Shown one piece after another: positions 1-8,968 of a stretch of DNA of 64,000 nt (the stretch's first letter is position 1; every line of letters starts with the position of its first letter). A model generated the notes under the pieces. The model saw nothing but the letters and a program-made list of their open reading frames with translations. It searched no databases and had not been told where the DNA came from. The stretch lies in assembly GCA_963725485.1 (NCBI GenBank), contig CAVRYO010000007.1, positions 363,928-427,927 of the forward strand, given 5' to 3'. Both the position numbers and the translations under genes were made by a program. Source of the DNA: Pirellulales bacterium (GTDB taxonomy: Bacteria; Planctomycetota; Planctomycetia; Pirellulales; DATAWG01).

Positions 1-531
1 CAGCATCACCGCCATGTGGGCCAAAGAATCGACGCTACAGGCATGGCCCGCGGGCAGAACGGCATAGGTTTGCAACAGCGCATCGATCATCGCCCGGTGT
101 CCGCCGATGACGACGAACGTGGCCATCGCGACCATCCAGAGCAAATTGGAAAACAAGGGCATGCTCGTATCGACGCCCGGGGCAAACACATCGGCCAGCG
201 ACATGCCGCTCATCTGCGATATGACTTGCCCGGCCACTTGCACGCCGGTCATCAGAATCAAAATCCCCAACCCTAGAACTAAACCGATGAGCAATTCGCT
301 GGCGGTGAGCAATACGTATTCGGCCAGATTTGTGGGCGGAGGAGGCTGGGCATGCCATTGGGTCGGCGTGAGGACCAACGCCAGCGCGACCGTCAGAAAC
401 GCCCGCACCTGCATCGGAATCTGCTGGCCCGTGAAGATCGGCAGCGAGGTGACCAATCCGCTAACGCGCGCCAACACGAGCGTGAACAAGACCACCGGAC
501 CGACAGACAAGGTTTCCAGCCAAGGAGGCAC
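1..531 (-). CDS. fliR: Flagellar biosynthesis protein FliR (5' part; continues beyond window start; putative GTG start at 531)
   Basis: Hand translation of the minus-strand frame from 531 down to 1 is open for 177 codons: MPPWLETLSVGPVVLFTLVLARVSGLVTSLPIFTGQQIPMQVRAFLTVALALVLTPT...SELLIGLVLGLGILILMTGVQVAGQ. This is a polytopic membrane protein with a FliR-like N-terminus, sitting directly downstream of fliQ. The ORF track missed it because it has no ATG and no stop in the window. Confidence 0.55.
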   Translation of the reverse strand, partial: MPPWLETLSVGPVVLFTLVLARVSGLVTSLPIFTGQQIPMQVRAFLTVALALVLTPTQWHAQPPPPTNLAEYVLLTASELLIGLVLGLGILILMTGVQVAGQVISQMSGMSLADVFAPGVDTSMPLFSNLLWMVAMATFVVIGGHRAMIDALLQTYAVLPAGHACSVDSLAHMAVML

Positions 532-599
532 AGGTGGGTCACCAAGGGGTCGAATGCAGGAACACGCGTACTCCCTCTCTTTCGACAGTAGAGGGTGAT

Positions 600-660
600 G
601 GTGTTGGAGAGTTGATTGACGCTGCGACCCCTCACCCCCGGCCCATCTCCCGCAAGGGGG
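600..660. repeat. GC-rich palindromic REP-like element between fliQ and fliR (motif ctcccgcaagggggaggg)
   Basis: Same cccctctcccgcaaggggcgagggg-type motif recurs at 37830-37870 and inside the 48940-49440 tandem array. Confidence 0.4.
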
Positions 661-675
661 AGGGAGCATGCAGAC

Positions 676-943
676 TCACAAATTCTTCGGGATGTTTATG
701 ATCAAATCGTGCGAGTATTGCACTAACTGGTTCAGCAACCAGGGCATCGTCAGGCTCAGGACCAGCACCATAATCAGCAGTTTCGGCACGAACGCGACGG
801 CCTGTTCGTGAATTTGCGTGACTGCTTGCAGCAAACCGATCAACAGGCCCGCGATCATTCCGGCCAACAACACCGGCGCAAAGCCAGAGCGTGGTCAGGA
901 TCGCCTGCCGCATCAGATCGATAATGAAGTCGACGGACGACAA
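676..943 (-). pseudogene. fliQ: Flagellar biosynthesis protein FliQ, apparent 1-nt frameshift near 865
   Basis: ORF 632..943 begins MSSVDFIIDLMRQAILTTLWLCA (FliQ N-terminus). ORF 676..873 continues in another frame as LLAGMIAGLLIGLLQAVTQIHEQAVAFVPKLLIMVLVLSLTMPWLLNQLVQY, the FliQ core with its FVPK motif. Joined they give ~89 aa. Confidence 0.7.
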
Positions 944-1027
944 GGAGATTCCCTATCCGGTTGTTCGTTGGCGGTATTATTCGGCGATCGATCGCCACAC
1001 AAGTAGCGCGCAGCACCACTCAGGCCG

Positions 1028-1717
1028 CTAGGAGAATGGCTGGAAGCTCTGCAAGAGCATCTCGACTACCAGGTGCCAGCCATCGACCAACACGAACAAC
1101 AGCAACTTGAAGGGCAGAGAAATCAACACCGGCGGCAACATCATCATGCCAGCCGAAATCGTGACGCTCGCCACGACCATGTCGAGAATCAAGAACGGCA
1201 AGTAAATCTGAAAGCCGATCAAGAAAGCAGTTTTCAATTCACTGAGCATGTACGCCGGCAACAGCGCTTGCAGCGGAACGTCGTTGTAGTCGTTCCACTC
1301 CGGCGTGCCTTCGGGCATGTATTTGTAGAACAGCCGGATGTCGGCCTCGTTGCCGGTACGTTGAATCTGCTGACACATGAAGCGGCGAATCGGCTGGACG
1401 CCGGCGTTCCAAGCTTGCTCGAGATTGATGCGCCGCTGCGTGTAAGGAACGACCGAGTCGTCGTACACGCGTTTCCAGACCGGCATCATGATCAGTAACG
1501 AGAGAAACAGCGCGATCGAGGACAAGACCTGGCTGGGGGGCAACTGCTGCGTGCCGAGCGCTTGTCGCAGCAGGCCCAGCACAACCAGGATTCGCACGAA
1601 GCACGTGGTCATCAGCAACACCGACGGCGCGAGGCTGATGACCGTCAGCAGCAACATGACCTGGATCGTCGAGCTTAGCCCCTCGGGGCTCGTCCACTGC
1701 TCGGGGCCGCCGGCCAA
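1028..1717 (-). CDS. fliP: Flagellar biosynthesis protein FliP
   Basis: 229 aa; motifs [32 protein letters not shown] and [22 protein letters not shown] are typical FliP. Confidence 0.9.
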   Translation of the reverse strand: MAGGPEQWTSPEGLSSTIQVMLLLTVISLAPSVLLMTTCFVRILVVLGLLRQALGTQQLPPSQVLSSIALFLSLLIMMPVWKRVYDDSVVPYTQRRINLEQAWNAGVQPIRRFMCQQIQRTGNEADIRLFYKYMPEGTPEWNDYNDVPLQALLPAYMLSELKTAFLIGFQIYLPFLILDMVVASVTISAGMMMLPPVLISLPFKLLLFVLVDGWHLVVEMLLQSFQPFS

Positions 1718-1902
1718 TCCGGCCGGTAATTCGAGTTTGGTTCGGCGCGTTGGGGCGCTCCTGGGCCGCCACGGGCCTGGCGAGCGAAATTGCGGTGACC
1801 AACAGCGCGAGCCAGCCCAAGGCCCGACGGCCCGCCTTGCGAAACGCGGGCGTAGCGGGCGCGGATGCCGCGGATTTCTTCGCTGGCTCGAATATCGTCG
1901 GT

Positions 1903-2784
1903 TCAGGCATCATCGTCTTCCGCGTGATGTTTGAGGACGGATCGGCGGCCCGTGATCGGCGAATGGGCAACAACTTCGTCCGTGCCCCGGACTGGCTCTG
2001 TAGCCTTCCGGCCGCGCGCTTCAGACAACTGCCGAAAGATCTGCGAAAATGCGGCCGTGGCCGAAGCCTTATGCGATTGCTGACAAATGCCGGCCAGCCG
2101 GTCGACTTCCGCCGGATCGCTGATTTCGGCCAGAGTTTCCGCTCCGCTGGGCGAGACGGAAATCAGCAGCAAGCGATTGCCGAAGCGAAGCAAATGCATT
2201 TGCTGCCGCCCCGCCAGTGGCGCTCGCCCCAGAACTTCGACGACGTCGCTCGAGAGGATTCGAGCGCCTTTCGGCAAGCCGCGGCGCAGGAACCACATCA
2301 CGCCGAGAAACAAGCCCAACACGACGGCCAGGCTGGCGAACATGCTCAACACGGCGGGGACAGCGCTGGGGGTGCCCGGTGCGCGGCGGCCATGCAAGAG
2401 CGCGGTGTCAGACGAATCACGTGTTGCGCCGGAAAGCGGCATCGGTTCGGCCTGAATGCCTTGAACTTTGTCCCCCGGCAACGGCTGCTTAGATTCCGCG
2501 GCGGCACGAAGCTGTGGCGAACCACTTTCCGTGGCGGAAATGTAGGTCGCCTGGCGCGCTCCGATTGCTGGAGTCTCGCTCGCTCCATCGTTCGCCGTTC
2601 GCCGCGGCGTTGCCGGCCCGGGTTCTGGGCTGTAAGAAGGCTGATAAAGATTTCCGCCTGCACCGCTCGTTGGCGGAGCTGCACGTGCCGTGGAACCGAG
2701 CCCAAACGCGATCAAACAAGCGACCGCGCAGCGGATTCGCCGATCATCGCAACCAGGCATCGTTCTGCCGCTCCGTCGGCCCAT
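1903..2784 (-). CDS. fliO: Flagellar protein FliO/FliZ-like (signal peptide, single C-terminal TM)
   Basis: ORF 1903..2865; likely start at an internal Met (2784 or 2760) after the fliN stop at 2819. TM segment [25 protein letters not shown] followed by [17 protein letters not shown] is FliO-like, and it sits between fliN and fliP. Confidence 0.6.
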   Translation of the reverse strand: MGRRSGRTMPGCDDRRIRCAVACLIAFGLGSTARAAPPTSGAGGNLYQPSYSPEPGPATPRRTANDGASETPAIGARQATYISATESGSPQLRAAAESKQPLPGDKVQGIQAEPMPLSGATRDSSDTALLHGRRAPGTPSAVPAVLSMFASLAVVLGLFLGVMWFLRRGLPKGARILSSDVVEVLGRAPLAGRQQMHLLRFGNRLLLISVSPSGAETLAEISDPAEVDRLAGICQQSHKASATAAFSQIFRQLSEARGRKATEPVRGTDEVVAHSPITGRRSVLKHHAEDDDA

Positions 2785-2818
2785 CGCATCGCTCCATTTA
2801 CACGCCGTACGATCCACC

Positions 2819-3622
2819 TCAGGCCGTCGGCGTTTCGCCGGCCACCAATTCGGCGACGCGGACACAAAAATTGTCGTTCAAAATCAGCACTTCGCCACGA
2901 GCGATCAGCCGGCCATTGGCGTAAATATCGACCGGGTCGCCGGCCAGCTTATCCAGCGGCACGACAGCCCCTTTGCTCAGCTTGAGCACGTCTTCCAAGT
3001 ACATTTGCGTCCGGCCCAGCTCGATGCGCAGGTCGAGATCGACGTCGCGCAGCAAATCAAGCGTGGCATTATCGGTGGAAGCGGCCGCGCCGCTGAATTC
3101 CGCAAGCCGGAACGGCACCGCCCCGGGAGGCGGATCGCCGGAACCGGAACTTTGAATCGAGGCCAGCGCTTGCTCGGCCTGATTGAGCAGGAAGTCGATA
3201 TCAGCTTGTGCTACCTGGCCCCCCTGCTCTGTTCGACCGGCCGTGGTAGGAGAATTGCCCAGCTGAAAGCCCGAATTAGCCCCTGCCATTCCAGACGGAG
3301 CGCCGGCCGACTGTTTCAGCAATGCTTCGATCTCGCCGGGGCCCAACGAAGCCGCAGCGCCCTCGGGCAGCCCGCCGACTTCTCCAGCCGGATTGCCTCC
3401 TGTGGCGCCCGCAGAGGAAGCCTGGGCTTGGCGCAACAGCGCATCGACGGTTTCTTGCCCGCTTGGGCCTGGTGCGTCCGCCATCGGAATCCCTTCCTCG
3501 ACCGCCCTGGGGCGGGTTGATCCCTTGCGGGACACGAACAAGCCCTTCTCGGGCTGAGAATTTCTTGCGCCGGTTGGCTTCCATTGCGACCGGCAATCGG
3601 CGTCGCGCGAAGCGGCTTCCAA
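2819..3622 (-). CDS. fliN: Flagellar motor switch protein FliN/FliY (SpoA domain), long low-complexity N-terminus; alternative start at 3484
   Basis: C-terminal [71 protein letters not shown] is a FliN surface-presentation-of-antigens domain. Confidence 0.8.
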   Translation of the reverse strand: MEAASRDADCRSQWKPTGARNSQPEKGLFVSRKGSTRPRAVEEGIPMADAPGPSGQETVDALLRQAQASSAGATGGNPAGEVGGLPEGAAASLGPGEIEALLKQSAGAPSGMAGANSGFQLGNSPTTAGRTEQGGQVAQADIDFLLNQAEQALASIQSSGSGDPPPGAVPFRLAEFSGAAASTDNATLDLLRDVDLDLRIELGRTQMYLEDVLKLSKGAVVPLDKLAGDPVDIYANGRLIARGEVLILNDNFCVRVAELVAGETPTA

Positions 3623-3682
3623 GCCGAGCGTCGCGCGAGGGCCATCGGATCAACAAGCTTCCGCTGCGAAAATCTGCCGTGG

Positions 3683-4321
3683 CTACTGCTGCACAACCGC
3701 AAATTCACTGAACAAGACCTCTTTCAGCAGAGGCTCGCCCAAAAGCGAGTTAGTTTTCGCCAAAATCTGCCTTTTAATCAATCCCAAACTAGGATCGGAC
3801 AAGTCGGACATCTGGGCATTCCGGATAATCACAATCACCTGATCGCGGAAGCGGTTTTTGCTCTTCTTGAACAACTTGCCGAAAGGCGAGTTGTCTTCCT
3901 CTGCTTCCCCTTTTTTGCCGTGCCCCTCGTGCTCGCCCCCTTTTTCCTCTTTTTTGTCATGATCGGCGCTGACGACACCGCATAAATGGAAGTCGATGAG
4001 CAACGTCGAATTCGAATTCGGGTCGAACGCGGTCAGACTGAATTTGCCCAAGTCGACCTCCCGCGTTTCCAGTCGGGAATCGGCGGCCGCGGGGTCTTTA
4101 TCCTTTTCTTTTTCCTTGTCCGCAACGCGACTGGCCGCGGTTGTCTCTTTCTTGGCTTCGTTCTTGGCCGCGTCAGAAGCGCCAGGCAGATACAGGTATG
4201 CCAGCACACATTGCAGCGCTACGATCACGCCGAGAATGATCCCGATCTTCATTTTGGAAAACGATTTCTTGCCGGCGGCGTCCGTGGCGTTGGAAGCCGG
4301 CGTCGTGGCGGATTCGGCCAT
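3683..4321 (-). CDS. fliL: Flagellar basal-body-associated protein FliL
   Basis: N-terminal TM helix (KIGIILGVIVALQCVLAYLYL); C-terminal VIVIIRNAQMSDLSDPSLGLIKRQILAKTNSLLGEPLLKEVLFSEF is FliL-like. Confidence 0.8.
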   Translation of the reverse strand: MAESATTPASNATDAAGKKSFSKMKIGIILGVIVALQCVLAYLYLPGASDAAKNEAKKETTAASRVADKEKEKDKDPAAADSRLETREVDLGKFSLTAFDPNSNSTLLIDFHLCGVVSADHDKKEEKGGEHEGHGKKGEAEEDNSPFGKLFKKSKNRFRDQVIVIIRNAQMSDLSDPSLGLIKRQILAKTNSLLGEPLLKEVLFSEFAVVQQ

Positions 4322-4419
4322 AAGATCATTTCCCTATCCGGTTAAACTGCGGATCGATGCGATGCTAGCACGGGAGGCCAGTGCGCGTTGTCAACGTTTG
4401 TGTTTTTGGACTGCGTGAC

Positions 4420-4530
4420 GCTGGACTCTATCAGGCTCTGCCAGTGGATTTCACGGAAAGCCGTTGTCGTAGCAGGTGCTTGCAAAGCTAGTTGCGTCCT
4501 AAGTTCAAGCTGTGACAACGGACTAGTCGT
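4420..4530. mobile_element. Degenerate partial copy of the MITE-like repeat (cactggcagagccagtg core plus agctgtgacaa..actag end)
   Basis: Sequence ctctgccagtg...aagctgtgacaacggactag matches the right half of the elements at 20795-20940 and 61865-62015. Confidence 0.35.
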
Positions 4531-5248
4531 TTGCCGTCTCTCCGGTGTTGGACCGCACTTGATCGGCGAATTCGCCGATCATGAATACCTCTACCCGATT
4601 GTTCCGTTCGAGCAATAACGGATCGCGGCCCGTGTATAGCGGCTCATATTGAGCGGAGACACCGATTCGAATTCGCCGAGGATCGAGTCCTACCGAGATG
4701 AGGTATTCCATCGTCTTGTGGCAGCGCTCGTAAGCCAGATCCCAATTGTCGCGATACTTGGCGTCGGCGCCCTGCGGCCGGCAGACCGTATGGCCGCGAA
4801 CTTCCAATTTCTGGGGCTTACCGTTCAGGTCTTTAGCTAGCAAATCTAGCTGACGCTTCTGCTCGTCGGTCAGATCGGTCTTCGCGTTTTCGAAATAAAT
4901 CGACCCGCCGATCGTCGGCTGGTCGCCGACGCGCACCGTGCTGACTCGGAGATGATCCCCGACCAGGCCGCGGGTGTGAGTTTCGTGTTGCGACACGGGG
5001 TGATGCCCCCCGGTTTTGCCCAGCGGCGAACCGGAGGCCGAATGGACCGACGTCATGCCGACGTAGCGTCCGAATTGCTTGCGGAGCGAGTTCATCACCG
5101 GATCCTCTTTTTTGGGATCCTTGGTGCCGGCCATGGAAAACATCACGACGAAGAACGACATCAGAATGGTGATCATGTCGGCGTACGACACCATCCATTC
5201 CGGTGCGCCTTCGCTGGCTTGTTCCTCGGCGTGTGGTGCTTCTGCCAT
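4523..5248 (-). CDS. motB: Flagellar motor protein MotB (OmpA-like C-terminal domain)
   Basis: WMVSYADMITILMSFFVVMF plug/TM motif; C-terminal OmpA-like domain (NRRVEV). Confidence 0.9.
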   Translation of the reverse strand: MAEAPHAEEQASEGAPEWMVSYADMITILMSFFVVMFSMAGTKDPKKEDPVMNSLRKQFGRYVGMTSVHSASGSPLGKTGGHHPVSQHETHTRGLVGDHLRVSTVRVGDQPTIGGSIYFENAKTDLTDEQKRQLDLLAKDLNGKPQKLEVRGHTVCRPQGADAKYRDNWDLAYERCHKTMEYLISVGLDPRRIRIGVSAQYEPLYTGRDPLLLERNNRVEVFMIGEFADQVRSNTGETAND

Positions 5249-5251
5249 CGG

Positions 5252-6043
5252 TTAGGCTGCCTCGTGGGCGCCGGGGCGATGCTTCGGCGGCAAATAGGTG
5301 TTCAGCTTTTGTTGCACGGTGCGGGGATTATCGCCGGATTGGATGCCCATGATGCCGCGGAGGATGATCTCTTTCGACATCGCTTCCTCATGGCTGCGCA
5401 CCGATAGTTTCTCGGTGAACGGAATGCAAACCAGGTTGGCCATTAGCGCGCCGTACAGCGTGCCGATCAGCGCGACAGCCATCGACGGACCGATCGAATC
5501 GGGATCGGACAAATTGCCCAGCATGAGCACCAGACCCAGCAGCGTGGCGATCATCCCGAACGCCGGACCGCAACGGCCGATCAACTCCAGAATCTTCTTG
5601 CCTTCTTTATGCCGGGCACTCATCGCGGCAATCTCCGTGCGCATGACTTCTTCGATTACCTCGGGCCGCGTGCCGTCGACGGCCATTTGAATCCCGAGCG
5701 CAATGAACGGGTCGTCGATGTCGGCGGCCTTGCTTTCCAGGGCCAACAGACCGTCGCGACGGGCCGTTTCGGCCAGTCCGACCAAGGTCTCGATCAAGTG
5801 GCCGAGATTTTCCGGCTTCGTGAAGAACACCTTCAGAATCACCTTCGGCAATCCCAGCACGTTGCGCAAGGGGAATCCGACCATGCCAACTCCCAAACCG
5901 CCGCCGATCACCATCATGATGGCCGGCGGGTCGATGAAGGCGCCGTAGTTGACGGCCCCCTTGCCTTCCATACCCATAATCAGCAATGATCCGGCCATCA
6001 TAGCGAAGGCCATAAACAATCCGGCGATGGTCGCGATATCCAT
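5252..6043 (-). CDS. motA: Flagellar motor stator protein MotA
   Basis: 263 aa, 4-TM pattern; ETLVGLAETARRDGLLALE, GTLLGLVLMLGNLSDP; immediately upstream of motB. Confidence 0.9.
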   Translation of the reverse strand: MDIATIAGLFMAFAMMAGSLLIMGMEGKGAVNYGAFIDPPAIMMVIGGGLGVGMVGFPLRNVLGLPKVILKVFFTKPENLGHLIETLVGLAETARRDGLLALESKAADIDDPFIALGIQMAVDGTRPEVIEEVMRTEIAAMSARHKEGKKILELIGRCGPAFGMIATLLGLVLMLGNLSDPDSIGPSMAVALIGTLYGALMANLVCIPFTEKLSVRSHEEAMSKEIILRGIMGIQSGDNPRTVQQKLNTYLPPKHRPGAHEAA

Positions 6044-6099
6044 GACGGTCCGCTATTGGAAGGTCGGGAAGATTGATCCGAACGAATGCACGATGCCTG

Positions 6100-6215
6100 C
6101 TGTGGGCTCCGGCGGCGCTTGTTCTTACAGCCTATCCGAGAACCGGCGGGGACTGGCTCATTTTGCGCTTACCCTGTGAGCAAAATGTACCTGTCCCCCC
6201 TCTCCTCGGCCGGTT
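6100..6215. repeat. Long imperfect hairpin repeat (ccgagaaccggc ... gggactggctcattttgc ... gcaaaatgtacctgtcccc ... gccggttctcgg)
   Basis: Inverted repeat with ends ccgagaaccgg/ccggttctcgg; a second copy lies at 27925-28035 and shares the gggacaggcac/gagccagtcccc core with the family-2 hairpins. Confidence 0.5.
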
Positions 6216-6228
6216 CTCGGGTAGGCTC

Positions 6229-6423
6229 TTAGCCGCAAGGAACCACGTATTTCGAGCGTTGATATTCCAGAGTCTTGTGGAGCACTTCGTCCATCGATTC
6301 CTCAACCACCACGCGGTCGCCGATGGTCAACGTGATGAACGTGTCGGGTCGGGCCTCGACATAGCGGATGAGCTCCGCGTTCAGGAGAAACTCCTCCCCG
6401 CCAAGCCGTGTCAACTTGATCAT
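6229..6423 (-). CDS. flbD: Flagellar protein FlbD
   Basis: MIKLTRLGGEEFLLNAELIRYVEARPDTFITLTIGDRVVVEESMDEVLHKTLEY is a typical ~65-aa FlbD; upstream of motA as in spirochaetes and Firmicutes. Confidence 0.85.
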   Translation of the reverse strand: MIKLTRLGGEEFLLNAELIRYVEARPDTFITLTIGDRVVVEESMDEVLHKTLEYQRSKYVVPCG

Positions 6424-6733
6424 GCCCGACCTCATTAGGACGCGAAAACATGAAGCTCTCGGGGCGCTGCATGGCTGCGCCCGTACTCGGCAAGTTTAGG
6501 ATAAGAAATCGCCCCGCGATGGAGAACTTATCGGCGGCGGACGAGCGGCGGATTGCCGCCGAGGTGCGACTGTTTTGTCAGAGGAACCAGCCAGAATCGC
6601 TTGATGAATGAGCGCTTAACCATCCCGCCGGGATAGTCATACTGATTGTGGCGAGAATGCCGGCTGCAAACGAAAAAGCAGCAGCGCCATGATCCCAGGC
6701 GCTGCTGCTCGGAAAGTTTCGAAATCAATCAGC

Positions 6734-7447
6734 TTAGCAGCAACGGTGGCAACGATGATGGTGATGGCGACAACCGCATGTCGTCGCGCAACCGCAGGCT
6801 GGCGCGGAGCCGCAAGCCGCCGCGGCGCAATCGCCGCCGCCATTCGCGGCGCCGCTGGTCCCGGAGGTCGCGCCCGTGCCCGACTTGTTTTCGGCGGGCG
6901 GGTAGGCCGATTCTTGCGGAACCTCATTGGTCTTAACCCAATGATCCTTCTCATACACCATCCAATGATTTCCCGGCATCATGTAATACCAATGACTGTT
7001 CGCCCAACGATAATTCTTGTCGATTGGCTTCTGATTGGTTTGCTTCGTGCTTTCCTTTGCCATGGGATCTTTGGCATTTGTGGGCGATTTCGAGCCATCG
7101 GCCTTCGGAGCTACTGACTTGGGATTGGTTGCGTTCGGGCTCGCGATGCCGGGACCCGTCGTATTGGGCGTGGTGGGGGTGGCGACGGTCGGGGCGCCGT
7201 TGGGCGACAGTTGATGAGCTCCGCCGGCTCCTGGCAAGCCCGTTGTCGGATTGCCTTGACCTTCGCTATGGAGACCACCGGGACCTTGGGTGGCCTGCGG
7301 ACCACTGCTGCCTCCGGTTGCAGGCGCACCGCCCTCCGCGCCGGGGCGACCCGGCTGACTTGGTCCTTGCGCGAAAGCGAATGCCGCGCTGGCCAGCGTC
7401 AAAGCCACGGCGCCGACAGTGTGGAATAAAGGATTACGAATCGTCAT
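6734..7447 (-). CDS. Hypothetical secreted protein: signal peptide, Gly/Pro/Thr-rich low complexity, WxxW-rich core, Cys/His-rich C-terminus
   Basis: N-terminal signal peptide MTIRNPLFHTVGAVALTLASAAFAFAQ; C-terminus ...CGCATTCGCRHHHHRCHRCC. No recognisable family. Confidence 0.45.
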   Translation of the reverse strand: MTIRNPLFHTVGAVALTLASAAFAFAQGPSQPGRPGAEGGAPATGGSSGPQATQGPGGLHSEGQGNPTTGLPGAGGAHQLSPNGAPTVATPTTPNTTGPGIASPNATNPKSVAPKADGSKSPTNAKDPMAKESTKQTNQKPIDKNYRWANSHWYYMMPGNHWMVYEKDHWVKTNEVPQESAYPPAENKSGTGATSGTSGAANGGGDCAAAACGSAPACGCATTCGCRHHHHRCHRCC

Positions 7448-7496
7448 GTTGCTACTCCTTCGGTTTAAGAACTCAGGAAGGTAACCGAATCGACCA

Positions 7497-7545
7497 GTGA
7501 CATCGACTCAGTGATCGGACTCAGTGATCGAACTCAGTGACGTAC
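7497..7545. repeat. Short tandem repeat, 13-mer gactcagtgatcg x3 (imperfect)
   Basis: gacatcgactcagtgatcggactcagtgatcgaactcagtgacg in the intergenic region between the CsbD gene and the secreted-protein gene. Confidence 0.5.
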
Positions 7546-7550
7546 TCGCC

Positions 7551-7754
7551 TCAGCATTTGCACTCTTTGTCGAATTCAGCGATTTGCTTCTCGGCTTGTT
7601 CTTTGGCGATGCCGTACCGTTGTTGCAGGACGCCCGCCAGTCGTTCGCGTTCGCCGGCAATTTGGGTCAGGTCGTCGTCGGTCAGTTTTCCCCAACGCTT
7701 CTTGACGCTGCCCATCATCTCTTTCCACTTTCCCTTAACTTGCTCCGTATTCAT
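7551..7754 (-). CDS. CsbD-family general stress protein
   Basis: MNTEQVKGKWKEMMGSVKKRWGKLTDDDLTQIAGERERLAGVLQQRYG matches the CsbD signature (KGKWKQ...GKLTDDDL...QERYG). Confidence 0.8.
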   Translation of the reverse strand: MNTEQVKGKWKEMMGSVKKRWGKLTDDDLTQIAGERERLAGVLQQRYGIAKEQAEKQIAEFDKECKC

Positions 7755-7928
7755 AAAATTCCTCCGTTATTCCAAGTCGCCCCTTGCCTCTTTAGAAAAC
7801 TGGGCCGGTGTCCCATCGAGAGGCCTCGATCATCCTTTCGCCCCGGCCGATCGACGGCTCCCCAGCGATCGGCTCGAAGGAAAGAATGTGCGGGACACCG
7901 GTCCAATGAACTGCGGAAATATCAGCAA

Positions 7929-8435
7929 TTACGGATTCCGAGGACTGTTCGTCGCCGGCTGGCCGTAGAAATTGTCGACGGACGTGCCGTAAGCCGCATC
8001 GCCAAAGTCGGGCCAATTCTTCGAGTCAAAACCCGGGGCATTCTTCAGCCGATCCTTGTCGACGTTGAGCACGAATTCATATTTCTCGGCTCCCGTGACG
8101 CTTCCCTTCTTTGCCTCGACTTGCAGATGATTCATGGGAATCGCGAAATATTTATCGCCGACACCCAAGAAACCACCGAAGCTCAGCACGGCATAACGGA
8201 TGTGACCGTTGCTCGGATTGAAGACCAAATCTTCGATCTTTCCCAGCTTGTCGCCCGCCGAGTTATAGACGGCCATGCCGATCGTTTCGCTCGTGCGCCA
8301 GGGTCGGACCATATTCGTGTCATTTGCCGCCCGAGTTGTGACTGCGGTCGGTGCGGCCTCATCGGCCGCATACCCGATTTGTAATGCGCCTAGCAGACAC
8401 GCTACGCAAAGCGATGAAATACCTACCTTTTTCAT
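7929..8435 (-). CDS. PRC-barrel domain protein with signal peptide
   Basis: Starts at internal Met MKKVGISSLCVACLLGALQIGYA (signal peptide); VYNSAGDKLGKIEDLVFNPSNGHIRYAVLSFGGFLGVGDKYFAIP is a PRC-barrel motif. Confidence 0.7.
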   Translation of the reverse strand: MKKVGISSLCVACLLGALQIGYAADEAAPTAVTTRAANDTNMVRPWRTSETIGMAVYNSAGDKLGKIEDLVFNPSNGHIRYAVLSFGGFLGVGDKYFAIPMNHLQVEAKKGSVTGAEKYEFVLNVDKDRLKNAPGFDSKNWPDFGDAAYGTSVDNFYGQPATNSPRNP

Positions 8436-8968
8436 GGGGACTCTCCTTCTTGCTTGGGTGCGCCGGCAACAAGTCGGCTGAATGGGGAACCGCAAAATTC
8501 TTGATCTCCACGCCGGCGCCCAGTGCAGCCCGCGCAGAGTCAACTTTCCGCTTACGACGGGTTGCAAATCATATGCCGGGATGGGCCCCGATCTCCAGTC
8601 ATGGCCGATTTGGCTGGCGCGAACCGTGGAGATGCTGGCCGTTTGTCGAAAACCGGCGCAAGAGAAATCCGGGCCATGACGGGAGAGTCGAAGGCCACGC
8701 GGATCCTGCCGGCTGGCTGAACTCAGCCAAGCCACGGTGGCTAGATGGCTGCCATGCTCGCGAACAGCAGCACTTGGTGGCGAAACTCCACCCAGATAAT
8801 CGGCTTACAGCCGATGCGCGGAATGGATAGACGACGCTTTCCGCGCCTTAACCGCAACCCAGCCGAATTTGCCAGCAAGCGCCGGCTGGATTACCGGATT
8901 TGCTCGGACGATGAGCTCGACGGGTCTCCGGTCGTCGCACCAAGGCATCGGATGCGCGAGAGTGTCTG

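Noticed and set aside
1750-2985. 411-aa plus-strand ORF (and similar long plus-strand ORFs at 7524..8384, 9341..10282, 15342..16694, 19408..20481, 29192..30247, 32836..33432, 57108..58208)
   Set aside because: All are antisense to strongly supported minus-strand genes (fliO/fliP, flgE, fliI, fliF, mdh, TPR, gyrA). They are Arg/Ala/Gly-rich with no motifs, the typical spurious ORFs of high-GC DNA.
2819-3622. Possibility that the 267-aa gene after fliL is FliM
   Set aside because: Only the C-terminal ~80 aa is conserved (SpoA/FliN domain). There is no FliM middle domain (CheC-like) signature, and the N-terminal 150 aa is low-complexity Ala/Gly/Ser.
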